Below are positions 10,552 through 21,603 of a stretch of DNA of 64,000 nt, one piece after another (within the stretch, counting starts at the first letter, position 1; each line of letters starts with the position of its first letter). Position numbers and translations under genes: made by a program. Below the pieces are notes generated by a model. It was not told the origin of the DNA. It made no database searches and saw only the letters and a list, made by a program, of their open reading frames with translations. The stretch comes from Paracoccaceae bacterium (GTDB lineage Bacteria > Pseudomonadota > Alphaproteobacteria > MPNO01 > UBA830), in the NCBI GenBank assembly GCA_047638395.1, contig JBLIMV010000017.1, positions 33,431 to 97,430 on the forward strand. Reading direction: 5' to 3'.

Positions 10552-11213
10552 TCCACGCCGTTAAGATACAGATTGTCGAGATCGCCGGGCGTCATTCCGG
10601 CAGATTCCTGATCCATCACGATCTGCCCGGCCTTGACGCCGATCAACCGGTCGGCAAACTCAATCGCCAGCGCACGGTCGTGCATCGCGAGAATAACGGT
10701 TTGTTTCTGCGCATTCATGGTTTCGAGAATTTCACGCGCCTGATGTTCATCGACCGACGATACCGGCTCGTCAGCGACGATGATGTCTCCGGTATGGAAC
10801 AGGGCGCGGGCAAGCGCGGTGCGCTGATACTGACCGCCCGATAGCTGGCCAACGCCCGAAAACATCTTGTCTTCCAGCCGCAGTGGAATGAGAATCTCTC
10901 GAACCTCCTCCACATCATCACGCGCCGGCAACACAAGATTGCGCAGGTTGCGCCAGACTGACCGCTGGTGAAGCCGCCCCATATAGACGTTATGAAAGAC
11001 TGTCAGCGCCTGAACGAGCGCAGAATCCTGAGGCATCAGAGCCGCTTTTGCCCCAAGACGCTCATAAAAAAGACGGAGCAGGGTGGATTTCCCTGCTCCG
11101 CTTTCTCCGATGAGCGCAATTCGCTCACCAGGTTCGATACTCAGCGTGAGCCCGCGAAGAATCTCTTTGCCGTTATAGCCGGCCGATTCGTCTTTGAGCT
11201 CAAGCAGGGCCAT
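10548..11213 (-). CDS. ABC transporter ATP-binding protein, PhnC-like
   Basis: The Walker A GESGAGKST, the LSGGQ signature LSGGQYQRTALARAL, and Walker B with D-loop IIVADEPVSSVD are all present. Confidence 0.8.
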   Translation of the reverse strand: MALLELKDESAGYNGKEILRGLTLSIEPGERIALIGESGAGKSTLLRLFYERLGAKAALMPQDSALVQALTVFHNVYMGRLHQRSVWRNLRNLVLPARDDVEEVREILIPLRLEDKMFSGVGQLSGGQYQRTALARALFHTGDIIVADEPVSSVDEHQAREILETMNAQKQTVILAMHDRALAIEFADRLIGVKAGQIVMDQESAGMTPGDLDNLYLNGVE

Positions 11214-12085
11214 CAGTCGATCAGGCCGATCGTCTTTGCCGTATCCTTAATCGGCGCATAATCAGAATTCTTGGCCGGAATGAAGGAGGCTCTCGGAAAT
11301 GAACTCAACAAATCCGGATCGTTCATCGATATCAGTGCGGATTGAACTTTATCGGCGAAACCCGGACCAAAGGTCTTGTCGACATCGCCCCGAATGGACC
11401 AGTTGTAGTCCGGGTAGCCCGGGGTTTTCCAGATAACACGGACCTTTTTGGGATCAATCGTTCCGTTTTTGATCCCCTTTTTCCACACCTTGAAATTTGT
11501 TGCCCCTACTTCGTAAGCACCGGACTGAACCAACGCTACCGTCCTCGAGTGGTTTCCACTAAAGCCGACACGGCTGAAAACCTGCTGGGGCACTTTTCCG
11601 AAAGCCTTTCGGATATGAAATTCGGGCATCAGGCGCCCGGAAGTTGAGCCCTTGGAACCGAACGTGAAGGTTTTACCGGCGATCGCTTTCGGAAAGTCCT
11701 TCGACAAGGTAAGTCCGGTACTGGCGTTGGCGATAAAATAGGTCTCGAAATTCGGATCAGCCTTACCCTGCGCAATTGCCTTTGATCCCTCCACAAGTCC
11801 CCTTGCCCGGACCCCCGACAAACCACCAAACCACGCCAACTGGACCTGATTGTTACGGAAGGCCGTAACCGCCGCTGAGTAGGATTTAACGGGAACATAT
11901 TCGACTTTTGTTGAGAGTGTTTTTGAAAGATATTTCGCCACCTTATCAAAGCGCTTACGTAGCTGGCTTTCGTCCTGATCCGGAATTGCGGTAAAGACGA
12001 ATCCTTCGGCAGCATTTGCCTGCGTTGCCGGCAGGACCGGCAGCGCGATTACCGCAGCAGCGGCAAGAACAGTAAGGAATCTCAT
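11213..12085 (-). CDS. PhnD/PtxB-like periplasmic substrate-binding protein; putative selenate/selenite-binding
   Basis: A signal peptide (MRFLTVLAAAAVIALPVLPATQANA) is followed by a PhnD-fold pattern, FVFTAIPDQD..VEYVPVKSYSAAVTAF..QVQLAWFG. The gene sits in an operon with selD, like the family annotated as putative selenate ABC binding protein. Confidence 0.65.
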   Translation of the reverse strand: MRFLTVLAAAAVIALPVLPATQANAAEGFVFTAIPDQDESQLRKRFDKVAKYLSKTLSTKVEYVPVKSYSAAVTAFRNNQVQLAWFGGLSGVRARGLVEGSKAIAQGKADPNFETYFIANASTGLTLSKDFPKAIAGKTFTFGSKGSTSGRLMPEFHIRKAFGKVPQQVFSRVGFSGNHSRTVALVQSGAYEVGATNFKVWKKGIKNGTIDPKKVRVIWKTPGYPDYNWSIRGDVDKTFGPGFADKVQSALISMNDPDLLSSFPRASFIPAKNSDYAPIKDTAKTIGLID

Positions 12086-12311
12086 ATAACGTCTCCTGTT
12101 GAATGCGCGGGTGCTCCAAGCCTCTCCCGAAGCAAGCTGACACCCACGATAATAATGAAATGACGGGACAAAACACCCCGTTGCAGGGGCTCTTGTCTAA
12201 ATAGCTGTGTAAAGATTACGTGACCAGCGTAAAGCGGGATTTGTTATGCTAAAATTCGGCCTGAAAAAGACGCCTGAAGGCCATATCAGGCCTGCGTCAG
12301 ATCGGTAATGG

Positions 12312-13451
12312 CTAACGACCGGCCGCTTCACGCAACACACCAAGGGTCTGCCGCGCCGTTTCTTCCCAGGTAAAGGTCCGCGCCCGGCGCGCGGCTTTCC
12401 TGCCCAATTCCACACGTAGCTTCGGTTCGACCAGCAACGTGGCAATGCGGGCGGCTATCTCTTTGGCATTGTCAGGATCAAACATCAGTCCGGCATCGCC
12501 GATGACTTCGGGCATTGCCGCCGCGTTTGATGTCGCAATCGGTGCGCCGTGGGCCATTGCCTCGAGCAGCGGATTGCCGAATGTTTCTACCGACGACGGG
12601 AAAACGAATAACTGGCAATCCCGGTACAGCGCATCCAGCTCCGACGTCTCGACATGGCCGACAAACTTCACCGTGTCTTCCAGCCCAAGATCGCGGACCA
12701 GACCGCGGAGAGTTTCCGCATAGTGACTGTCGATCTCACGCCCCACGACCGTCAGCGTCAGATCCGAGCGGCTCTGCCGCAGAATAGACATGGCATGCAG
12801 GAGCGTATGGTAGTTCTTCTGAATATATATATCCGACACCGCCAGCAGGTTGGTGCCCTGTACTTCGTTGTCCTCGCGGGGTGCGACGACAGGTGCGGTC
12901 CCGTGATAGACGACACTTACCTTTTTCCCGCGAACGCCTTTCAGCCCGAATGTCAGCAAGCCTGCGGCGTAATTCGACACCGCGATGGCTCGCCGCGCGG
13001 TCAGCAGTGATGCAAGTGTCGCCCCTGACAGCATGAACCAGTACGTCAACGGCTTCAGCCGCCGGGCCAGCCGTATGACCGAAGTCGCATTTCGTAACAA
13101 TAAAATATGATTCCGGGCAAAGACCGGCCCAAAATTGGCGGGCGAGAAAAGCACGTCCACGGACAGCCTTCGGGCGATCCCGGGCAGTTTGAACTGTTCC
13201 CAGAAAAGAGTTGGGAAAAAACCGGGTCGGTAATCACACGTCACGACGTCGATCCCATCGGGAACCGGGTCAAACAAAGGGAGCTGGTCTTTGTGTAATA
13301 TCAGATGCAGGCTGACACCGGGTTCGGCGGCCAGGAGTGGCAGCATCTGGCGCAGATAGGTTACACCGCCGCCGGTCTTGGCGTGGGACGCATTAATCGC
13401 AATGCGAAACGGTAGCGGGGCCTGACCCGAGAGGGATGCTGCGGTGGACAT
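12312..13451 (-). CDS. glycosyltransferase family 4 (GT-B)
   Basis: The GT4 signature E..FGNPLLEAMAHGAPIATS lies near the C-terminus. Length is 379 aa. Confidence 0.7.
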   Translation of the reverse strand: MSTAASLSGQAPLPFRIAINASHAKTGGGVTYLRQMLPLLAAEPGVSLHLILHKDQLPLFDPVPDGIDVVTCDYRPGFFPTLFWEQFKLPGIARRLSVDVLFSPANFGPVFARNHILLLRNATSVIRLARRLKPLTYWFMLSGATLASLLTARRAIAVSNYAAGLLTFGLKGVRGKKVSVVYHGTAPVVAPREDNEVQGTNLLAVSDIYIQKNYHTLLHAMSILRQSRSDLTLTVVGREIDSHYAETLRGLVRDLGLEDTVKFVGHVETSELDALYRDCQLFVFPSSVETFGNPLLEAMAHGAPIATSNAAAMPEVIGDAGLMFDPDNAKEIAARIATLLVEPKLRVELGRKAARRARTFTWEETARQTLGVLREAAGR

Positions 13452-13586
13452 ATATAATCCGAAATCTACTTTGCACGCCGGTATACACTAACATGCGGGC
13501 GAGTTAGCAAGAAAGCGGGCCTGAACCCGGCCCGATGCCGATTTCCTTCATATGCAACGTTTTTCGTTGACGGACAGATACCCGGG

Positions 13587-14972
13587 CTAGAGCCCGCCCG
13601 GTTCCAGCGTCGTGGTATATTTATCAAGGTCGGCAGATGGCACAGGAACACGCTCATACCGCCCGGCAAACCCGAATGGCAGCGACGCATCAATACCAAC
13701 TTTGGTCCGCACGCCTTTGTCCGAGATTGACACATATTCATGCCCGCGCGCGCCGGGCATCGTAATCAGCCCCGTCGACGCATCCCAGCGGGTCGCAAGG
13801 GCCCATTCGACGTCGTTCCAGTCATGGATGTTGATATCGTCGTCCACCACGATCACGAGATCGAGATCCTTCAATGCCGCGATCGCCGCAAAGATAGCGT
13901 TGCGCTGATAGCCTTCATCGGCGGCGCTCCGCTTGTTGACCGAAATCAGCAGATGGAACCGGTAGAGACCGCCCGGTGTAAGGGCGACATCCGTCACGCA
14001 GGGTGCGGATGCCTTAACCGCCTTCAGGATAGCGCCTTCAAGGACATGCTTGCGCAAGATGGGCGCTTCCTTGGTCATGATCACATGCCAGATCGGGTCT
14101 TCGCGGTGATAGATACAGTTGATCGTCGTCAAGGGTGACGGGCTGACATCCGAATACAACCCGACGAATTCGAGGAACGGACCCTCTTCCATTTCCACAT
14201 CGGGTGAAATGGTCCCTTCCATGATGATTTCGGCGTCCGCGGGCACCTGAAGCGGAATTGTTTTACAGTCGATCAGTTCCAGCGGTTTGCGCGATAGCCC
14301 GGATGCGACGTCGTATTCGTCCATGTCGCGGGGCAACTGCGCGCCCATCATGCCGGCCGCATATTGCAGGCCGACATCAGCGCCAATGACGATCGCAATC
14401 GGCAGTTCTTCGCCTTTTTCCTTCGCCCGCTCCCACAGCGCGCGCAGATCGCGGCCGAGGTCGAGCTGGATCAACAGCTTGTTGCCCTCGACATGCATGA
14501 AGCGGTGATAGGACGCATTGTTCACGCCGGTATCGGGATCCTTCGCGATCACCACGCCACCGGAAATATAACGCCCGCCATCGTTCGGCGCATAACGCGG
14601 CAGCGGCAGATATTCGAGCAGGTCTGGATTGTTGCGATAGACCGCCTGAACCGGGCCTTCATCGACATGCTTGGGCGGAATCGGGTTCGCAAGTCCCTCG
14701 CCGATATAATCGCGCAGACCAGACACATCATGTTCATAAATTGCCAACACGTTTTCCTCGCAACCAAGGAAATTACCGACGACCCGTGTGTCGTAGCCAC
14801 GCACGTTCTTGAACAGCATCGCCCGCTCTGTCTGCTTGAACAGCACACCGGTCATTTCAAGGTCGGTGTCGACTTCATCTGCGACTTTTAGCAACAGATT
14901 TGCCGCGTCGAGTCGCCCCAGCGCCGCACGAAAACTGAGATCGGGAATATGGGGTTCTTTTTTATCGTTCAC
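13587..14972 (-). CDS. UbiD-family (prFMN-dependent) decarboxylase
   Basis: The 461-aa protein shows UbiD-like N-terminal organisation (LSFRAALGRL...GCEENVLA) and a conserved middle region. Its stop lies 35 nt downstream of the gltD stop on the same strand. Confidence 0.7.
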   Translation of the reverse strand: MNDKKEPHIPDLSFRAALGRLDAANLLLKVADEVDTDLEMTGVLFKQTERAMLFKNVRGYDTRVVGNFLGCEENVLAIYEHDVSGLRDYIGEGLANPIPPKHVDEGPVQAVYRNNPDLLEYLPLPRYAPNDGGRYISGGVVIAKDPDTGVNNASYHRFMHVEGNKLLIQLDLGRDLRALWERAKEKGEELPIAIVIGADVGLQYAAGMMGAQLPRDMDEYDVASGLSRKPLELIDCKTIPLQVPADAEIIMEGTISPDVEMEEGPFLEFVGLYSDVSPSPLTTINCIYHREDPIWHVIMTKEAPILRKHVLEGAILKAVKASAPCVTDVALTPGGLYRFHLLISVNKRSAADEGYQRNAIFAAIAALKDLDLVIVVDDDINIHDWNDVEWALATRWDASTGLITMPGARGHEYVSISDKGVRTKVGIDASLPFGFAGRYERVPVPSADLDKYTTTLEPGGL

Positions 14973-15007
14973 TGTACAGCTCCTCGTAACGGGAAATGGC
15001 GAGCCGC

Positions 15008-16429
15008 CTAGCGCGGCAGCTCGGTCGTCCCCATAAGATATTTATCGACGGCATGGGCTGCCTGACGCCCCTCACGGATCGCCCAGACGACAAGAGATTG
15101 TCCACGCCGCATATCGCCAGCCGTGAAGATTTTCTCGCGGCTCGTTTCATACGCGACCGTATCCGCCTTGACGTTCCCGCGGCCATCGAGCTCAACACCA
15201 AGCTGTTCGAGCATGCCTTCCGCCATCGGATGGACAAAGCCCATGGCCAGCAGAACGAGGTCTGCCTTCAATTCGAATTCACCCCCGTCGACCGGCTGGA
15301 ACTTCTCGTCCACACGCTGACAGTTGATGTGCGTGACGCGGCCTTCTTGGCCGCCCATGCTATTGGTCGTCACGGAGAAATCGCGTTCCGCACCCTCTGC
15401 CTGGCTGGAAGAGGTCCGCATCTTCAGTGGCCAGTGCGGCCAGGTAAGGCCTTTGTTTTCCTTCTCCGGCGGCTCTGGCATGATTTCGAGCTGAGTGACC
15501 GAAAGGGCCCCCTGGCGGATAGAAGTACCGATACAGTCCGACCCCGTATCGCCGCCACCGATCACGACAACATGTTTTTCAGTCGCGACTATCGGTTCGA
15601 CATCACCGTCCAGATTGCTACCGGCAACGCGGCGGTTCTGCTGTGGCAAAAATTCCATCGCGAAATGGACACCCTCCAGATCACGCCCATCAACCGGTAG
15701 ATCACGCGGCTTCTCGGACCCACCGGTCAGCAGAACCGCATCATGGTTCGCCTCCAGGTCGGCCGCACTCAGATCGACGCCCACATGCACACCGCAATGA
15801 AGGGTCACGCCCTCGGCGATCATCTGTTCCATGCGGCGGTCGATCAGATGCTTTTCCATCTTGAAATCGGGAATGCCGAGCCGCAAAAGACCGCCGGGGG
15901 TTTCGTTCTTTTCATAGAGATGAACGTCATGGCCGACGCGGGCGAGCTGCTGCGCTGCCGCCATACCGGCGGGGCCTGATCCGACGACAGCAATTTTCTT
16001 GCCGGTCTTCACATCGGGAACCTGCGGCGTGATCCAGCCCTCTTCCCACGCCCGGTCAACGATGGCACATTCGATGGTTTTGATGGTCACCGGTGCATCG
16101 TCGATATTCAGCGTGCAGGCCGCTTCGCACGGCGCGGGGCAGACCCGGCCCGTAAACTCCGGGAAGTTGTTGGTCGAGTGAAGGTTGTGCGACGCCTGCT
16201 CCCAGTCGGACTGGTAGACAAGGTCGTTCCAATCGGGAATCTGGTTATTCACCGGACAGCCGCTATGGCAGAACGGAATACCGCAATCCATGCACCGCGC
16301 CGCCTGCCGTTCGAGGTCACGCTCCTCGAGCGGGATGACAAATTCCTTGTAGTTCCGAATGCGATCGCTGGCCGACTTATAAGTACGGTCGTGCCGTTCA
16401 ATCTCGATGAAGCCTGTTACCTTGCCCAT
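15008..16429 (-). CDS. gltD: glutamate synthase small (beta) subunit, NADPH-dependent
   Basis: The N-terminus [12 protein letters not shown]...[10 protein letters not shown] carries the [4Fe-4S] cluster cysteines. Two dinucleotide-binding motifs are present, [12 protein letters not shown] and [10 protein letters not shown]. Confidence 0.9.
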   Translation of the reverse strand: MGKVTGFIEIERHDRTYKSASDRIRNYKEFVIPLEERDLERQAARCMDCGIPFCHSGCPVNNQIPDWNDLVYQSDWEQASHNLHSTNNFPEFTGRVCPAPCEAACTLNIDDAPVTIKTIECAIVDRAWEEGWITPQVPDVKTGKKIAVVGSGPAGMAAAQQLARVGHDVHLYEKNETPGGLLRLGIPDFKMEKHLIDRRMEQMIAEGVTLHCGVHVGVDLSAADLEANHDAVLLTGGSEKPRDLPVDGRDLEGVHFAMEFLPQQNRRVAGSNLDGDVEPIVATEKHVVVIGGGDTGSDCIGTSIRQGALSVTQLEIMPEPPEKENKGLTWPHWPLKMRTSSSQAEGAERDFSVTTNSMGGQEGRVTHINCQRVDEKFQPVDGGEFELKADLVLLAMGFVHPMAEGMLEQLGVELDGRGNVKADTVAYETSREKIFTAGDMRRGQSLVVWAIREGRQAAHAVDKYLMGTTELPR

Positions 16430-19400
16430 CAGCTTCTCCTCATCCCGATATTCATCTCGCCGGTCTGTTCGACCTGCAATTCCTGCAACGCACGGCGGTA
16501 TTCGACCGGCATCACTTTGACGAATTTGGACAGGTAATCGTCCCAGTTATCCAGAATATCCTGGGCACGGCTCGACGCGGTGTAGTGCGCATGGTTCTGG
16601 ATAAGCTGACGCAAACGTTCGGCATCAAAGCGGGTCATATCGGATTTCACATCAACCAGCCCGTGCGATTCGATATCGGAGCGATGAAGTTTCTCCATCA
16701 CTTCCTCTTCGTCTTCGACGGGTTCCAGATCGACCATCGACAGATTACAGCGTCGCTCGAAATCGCCGGATTCGTCCAGCACATAGGCAATCCCGCCGGA
16801 CATACCCGCGGCAAAGTTGCGCCCGGTTTCACCCAGCACGACGACAATCCCGCCGGTCATGTATTCACACCCATGATCACCCGCGCCTTCGACAACCGCG
16901 ATCGCCCCGGAATTACGCACGGCGAACCGTTCGCCCGCGATGCCCCGGAAATAGCATTCGCCATTTACCGCGCCGTACAGGACGGTATTGCCGACGATCA
17001 TGCTCTCGTTCGGGTTGATCCCGCTAACAGGATCGGGGCGAACGATCAGTTTGCCGCCCGACAGACCCTTGCCAACATAGTCGTTGGCTTCGCCGATGAG
17101 CTCGAGGGTAACGCCCTTTGTAACCCAGGCACCGAAGCTTTGTCCGGCGACGCCTTTCAGCTTCAACCAGATCGTGTCGTCCGGCAGTCCGGCGTGACCG
17201 TATTTCAGCGCCAATTGCCCTGACAACATCGTGCCGGCAGATCGGTCGGTATTGCCGATCGGGAATTCGGCCTGCACAGCTGTGCCGTTCTCAAACGCCG
17301 GGGCCGCCACCTCGATGAACTTCCGGTCGAGGATATCCTTGATCGGGTGGTTCTGTTTAGTCGTATGATGGACATCGACGCTATCGGCTTCAACTGGCCG
17401 GAAAAAGAGCTTGCTGAAATCAAGCCCGTTGGCTTTCCAGTGATCGATCGCCTTCGCGGTATCAAGGACATCTGTCTGGCCGATCATGTCGTTGATCGTG
17501 CGGAAGCCCATTTCAGCCATCAGCTCGCGCAGTTCTTCAGCCACGTAGAAAAAGAAATTGACGACGTGTTCCGGCTCCCCGGTGAACTTCTTTCGAAGTT
17601 CGGGGTCCTGCGTCGCGATCCCGACCGGACAGGTATTGAGATGGCATTTACGCATCATGATGCAGCCCGATGCGATCAGCGGTGCTGTCGCAAACCCGAA
17701 TTCATCGGCGCCAAGCAGCGCGCCCACCGCAACATCGCGGCCGGTCCGTAGCCCGCCATCCACTTGGACGGCGATGCGACCGCGCAGGTCGTTCATCACC
17801 AGGGTCTGCTGGGTTTCGGCAAGACCAATTTCCCAGGGCGAACCCGCATGTTTGATCGAGGTCAGCGGAGAGGCCCCGGTGCCGCCCTCAAACCCCGAAA
17901 TCGTCACATGATCGGCACGGGCCTTGGAAACCCCGGCGGCCACCGTGCCGACGCCGATTTCGGAAACCAGCTTCACGCTGATATCCGCCGTCGGCGTCAC
18001 GTTCTTCAGATCGAAGATCAGCTGCGCCAGATCCTCGATCGAGTAGATATCATGATGCGGCGGCGGCGAGATCAAGCCGACGCCGGCCGTCGAATGCCGG
18101 ACCTTCGCGATGACTGCATCCACCTTGTGGCCCGGCAGCTGTCCGCCTTCGCCCGGCTTCGCGCCCTGGGCCATTTTGATCTGAATCATGTCGGCATTTA
18201 CGAGGTATTCGGTCGTCACACCAAACCGGCCAGACGCGACCTGCTTGATCGCGGAACGCATCGAATCGCCGTTTTCCATCGGCACAAACCGGTCTGACTC
18301 TTCACCACCTTCACCGGTATTGGATTTGCCGCCGATACGGTTCATCGCAATAGCGAGATTCGTGTGGGCTTCACGGCTGATCGACCCATACGACATTGCC
18401 CCGGTGGCAAAGCGTTTGACGATATCTTCCGCCGCCTCGACCTCGTCCAGCGGGACCGGATTGCGGCCGGTTTCCTCGGCCGGCTTCAGACGGAACAGAC
18501 CGCGCAGCGTCATCAGCTGTTCGCTCTGTTCGTTGATTCCTGCCGCATAGGACCGATACTTATCAGGCAACTGGCCACGCACTGCGTGCTGCAGATCGGC
18601 CACCGCCTCCGGCGACCAGGAATGCTTTTCCCCCCGGATGCGAAACGCGTATTCGCCACCGACGTCCAACGCCTTTTCATAAATCGGATTGTTCCCGAAG
18701 GCATCCGAATGACGCATCAACGTCTCGGCCGCAATTTCCTGAAGGCCGACGCCTTCAATCGCCGTATGCGTGCCCGTGAAATACCTTTCTACGAAGGACG
18801 ACTGCAGTCCGACCGCATCGAATATCTGGGCGCCACAATAGGATTGGTAAGTCGAAATGCCCATCTTCGACATGACCTTCAGCAACCCTTTGTCGATACC
18901 TTTTATGAAGCGCTTGTTGATCTCGTCGTGGCTCAACTCGCCATCGATCTTTTCACGCAGGTCTTCCAGCGTCTCGAAAGCGAGCCACGGATTGATCGCC
19001 TCTGCACCAAAACCGGCAAGGGTCGCAAAATGATGAACTTCGCGCGCTTCACCGGTTTCCACGACCAGACCAACCGACGTCCGAAGACCCTTGCGGATCA
19101 GATGATGGTGGACGGCAGACGTCGCCAGTAATGACGGTATGGCCACCCGGTCCGACGCCATCAGACGATCAGACAGAATGATAATGTTATGGCCCTGACC
19201 GACGCTGGTTTCAGCGCGCTCACAAAGATTGTCGATCGCCTCTTCCATGTACTCGGCGCCACGCTGCACATTGAACGTGATATCGAGCGTGATGGTCAGA
19301 AACTGATTGTCAGCGATATCGCCAATCGCGCGAATTTTCTCCAGCCCCTCGTTGGAAATGATCGGCTGGCGGACTTCAAGCCGCTTCAGGCTGGACGTGC

Positions 19401-21126
19401 CTTCGAGATCGAGCAGGTTGGGCCTCGGCCCGATAAACGATACCAGCGACATCACAATCTCTTCGCGGATCGGGTCAATCGGCGGATTTGTGACCTGGGC
19501 GAAGAGTTGTTTGAAATATGACGCAAGTGTTTTGGGTCGCGACGACAATGCCGATAGCGGGGTGTCCGTACCCATAGCGCCGGTCGCTTCCTGGCCAGTC
19601 TGGGCCATCGGCGACATAAGGAATTTGATATCTTCCTCGGAATACCCGAATGCCTGCTGGCGCTCCAGTAGCGGAATCGCAGAAGCGGTCGGAGCACGGC
19701 CGGTATCTGGCAGGTCACGGAGCTGAATCTGTGTGTGTGCCAGCCATTCCTTGTACGGGTGGCTATTGGCAAGTTCGGCTTTCAAATCTTCGTCGGAGAC
19801 AATTTTGCCCTGCTCCAGATCGATCAGCAGCATCTTGCCCGGCTGAAGCCGCCATTTGCGGACGATGTTTTCTTCGGGAATATCGAGCACGCCCATCTCG
19901 GACGCGAGCAGCACGAAGCCGTCCTTGGTTTCCAGATAGCGCGCAGGACGCAGGCCGTTCCGGTCGAGCGTCGCACCGACGACCTTGCCGTCGGTAAAAG
20001 CGATCGCGGCGGGGCCGTCCCATGGCTCCATCAGGGCCGCGTTGTATTCGTAGAACGCCCGAGATGTTTCATCCATCAGCGGGTTGCCGGCCCAGGCTTC
20101 CGGGATCAGCATCATCATGGCGTGGGGCAGCGAATAACCGCCCTGATAGAGCAGTTCCAGCGCGTTATCGAAACACGCTGAATCCGACTGCCCCTCGTAG
20201 GAAATCGGCCAGAGTTTCTGCATGTCGTCGCCGAATGTCGGAGACGACATTGTCGCCTGACGCGCCGCCATCCAGTTCGAGTTGCCGCGCAGTGTATTGA
20301 TCTCACCGTTATGGCAGATCATCCGGTAGGGATGCGCCAGCGGCCAGGACGGGAAAGTGTTGGTCGAGAAACGCTGATGCACCAGCGCCACCGCGGATAC
20401 CACACGCTCGTCCTGCAGGTCCCTGTAATATTTGGCCACGCCATCAGCAAGAACAAGTCCCTTATAGACGATGGTGCGGGACGAACAGGACACCGGATAG
20501 TACCCGACAGCCGCATCCGGATGGTTGGCCCGGACATGATTCGAGGCGACCTTGCGGGCCACATACAGCTTGCGTTCGAATGTGTCGTCATCGGCAATGT
20601 TGCTGCCCCGCGCGATGAACACCTGGCGGTGCACCGGCTCGGTCGGTTTGACACTCTCGCCGAGAACGGAGGAATCCACCGGCACATCACGCCAGCCAAT
20701 GATTTTCAGGCCTTCCTGGACCGTCGACATTTCATAAGCAGCTTCGATGGTCTTACGATGATCTGCATCACGCGGCATAAACAAATGCGCAACGCCGTAA
20801 TGATTGGGTTCGGGCAGGTCGAAGCCAAGCGCCTTCATCTCGGCGGCAAAAAATTCGTGCGGCAACTGAATCAGGATACCTGCGCCATCGCCGGCCTTGG
20901 GGTCGGCGCCAACGGCCCCACGGTGTTCGAGATTGCAGAGAATTTTCAACCCGTCTTCGACAATCTTCCGGCTCCGCTCATTGCGGATCGAACAGATCAT
21001 CCCGATGCCACAGGCATCATGCTCATTCGCAGCGTTATAAAGGCCCTGGTCAGGCTTAAGACCCGCATAGAGCGGGCGCGGCGCTACGTTCGCCGTCTCG
21101 CCTGCACGCCCCTTAGCGGGGTTCAT
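16429..21126 (-). CDS. gltB: glutamate synthase large (alpha) subunit
   Basis: The N-terminal amidotransferase domain (CGIGMI active-site Cys after the propeptide), FMN-binding domain and C-terminal GXGXG domain are all recognisable. The start was chosen at the internal ATG (MNPAKG), 17 codons inside the longest ORF. Confidence 0.9.
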   Translation of the reverse strand: MNPAKGRAGETANVAPRPLYAGLKPDQGLYNAANEHDACGIGMICSIRNERSRKIVEDGLKILCNLEHRGAVGADPKAGDGAGILIQLPHEFFAAEMKALGFDLPEPNHYGVAHLFMPRDADHRKTIEAAYEMSTVQEGLKIIGWRDVPVDSSVLGESVKPTEPVHRQVFIARGSNIADDDTFERKLYVARKVASNHVRANHPDAAVGYYPVSCSSRTIVYKGLVLADGVAKYYRDLQDERVVSAVALVHQRFSTNTFPSWPLAHPYRMICHNGEINTLRGNSNWMAARQATMSSPTFGDDMQKLWPISYEGQSDSACFDNALELLYQGGYSLPHAMMMLIPEAWAGNPLMDETSRAFYEYNAALMEPWDGPAAIAFTDGKVVGATLDRNGLRPARYLETKDGFVLLASEMGVLDIPEENIVRKWRLQPGKMLLIDLEQGKIVSDEDLKAELANSHPYKEWLAHTQIQLRDLPDTGRAPTASAIPLLERQQAFGYSEEDIKFLMSPMAQTGQEATGAMGTDTPLSALSSRPKTLASYFKQLFAQVTNPPIDPIREEIVMSLVSFIGPRPNLLDLEGTSSLKRLEVRQPIISNEGLEKIRAIGDIADNQFLTITLDITFNVQRGAEYMEEAIDNLCERAETSVGQGHNIIILSDRLMASDRVAIPSLLATSAVHHHLIRKGLRTSVGLVVETGEAREVHHFATLAGFGAEAINPWLAFETLEDLREKIDGELSHDEINKRFIKGIDKGLLKVMSKMGISTYQSYCGAQIFDAVGLQSSFVERYFTGTHTAIEGVGLQEIAAETLMRHSDAFGNNPIYEKALDVGGEYAFRIRGEKHSWSPEAVADLQHAVRGQLPDKYRSYAAGINEQSEQLMTLRGLFRLKPAEETGRNPVPLDEVEAAEDIVKRFATGAMSYGSISREAHTNLAIAMNRIGGKSNTGEGGEESDRFVPMENGDSMRSAIKQVASGRFGVTTEYLVNADMIQIKMAQGAKPGEGGQLPGHKVDAVIAKVRHSTAGVGLISPPPHHDIYSIEDLAQLIFDLKNVTPTADISVKLVSEIGVGTVAAGVSKARADHVTISGFEGGTGASPLTSIKHAGSPWEIGLAETQQTLVMNDLRGRIAVQVDGGLRTGRDVAVGALLGADEFGFATAPLIASGCIMMRKCHLNTCPVGIATQDPELRKKFTGEPEHVVNFFFYVAEELRELMAEMGFRTINDMIGQTDVLDTAKAIDHWKANGLDFSKLFFRPVEADSVDVHHTTKQNHPIKDILDRKFIEVAAPAFENGTAVQAEFPIGNTDRSAGTMLSGQLALKYGHAGLPDDTIWLKLKGVAGQSFGAWVTKGVTLELIGEANDYVGKGLSGGKLIVRPDPVSGINPNESMIVGNTVLYGAVNGECYFRGIAGERFAVRNSGAIAVVEGAGDHGCEYMTGGIVVVLGETGRNFAAGMSGGIAYVLDESGDFERRCNLSMVDLEPVEDEEEVMEKLHRSDIESHGLVDVKSDMTRFDAERLRQLIQNHAHYTASSRAQDILDNWDDYLSKFVKVMPVEYRRALQELQVEQTGEMNIGMRRS

Positions 21127-21603
21127 AATCTTTTTCTGTCGCAATGTCGGCGCCCTTCGAAAAATGCACTCCACCACATGTGTTCCATAGACCGATCAGG
21201 ACCAGCCTCAGAACCTGTTCCACTGTTCTTGCCGCACCAAATCGGCGTGCGAAGATCGGCATATGACCTGCGGTGGGGTTATCAATGTACAGCGATACGC
21301 AATCCGGGGCTCTATTTCAATAGTTTGCCGTTTTGAATTCGCACCGGCATGATTCTGAAATAACCTCAAACGGCGCATAAATTGTGCCTTTTCCAGAACA
21401 GCTATAGTCAAACTGCACTTTGATAGGCACCTAGTAATTCCAACTAGCGAATTAATAGAATCTTCGATACAAATATAGATGTCATGTCGTCATAGGCGTG
21501 TAGGGCTGGGCGCGGCACTTCAGAACAAAATGATTGGATTTTCCGCGGTAGAACAATAAGTCTGCAGAAATGGTGCAGGGTAAGTAGTAAATTGGGGGGC
21601 AAG

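Noticed and set aside
16585-21336. Multiple 100-340 aa plus-strand ORFs, for example 20311..21336, 18364..19131 and 16585..17223.
   Set aside because: All are antisense to gltB, whose frame is validated by conserved glutamate synthase domains. Their composition is Arg/Gly-rich and they lack ribosome-binding sites. They are GC-skew artefacts.
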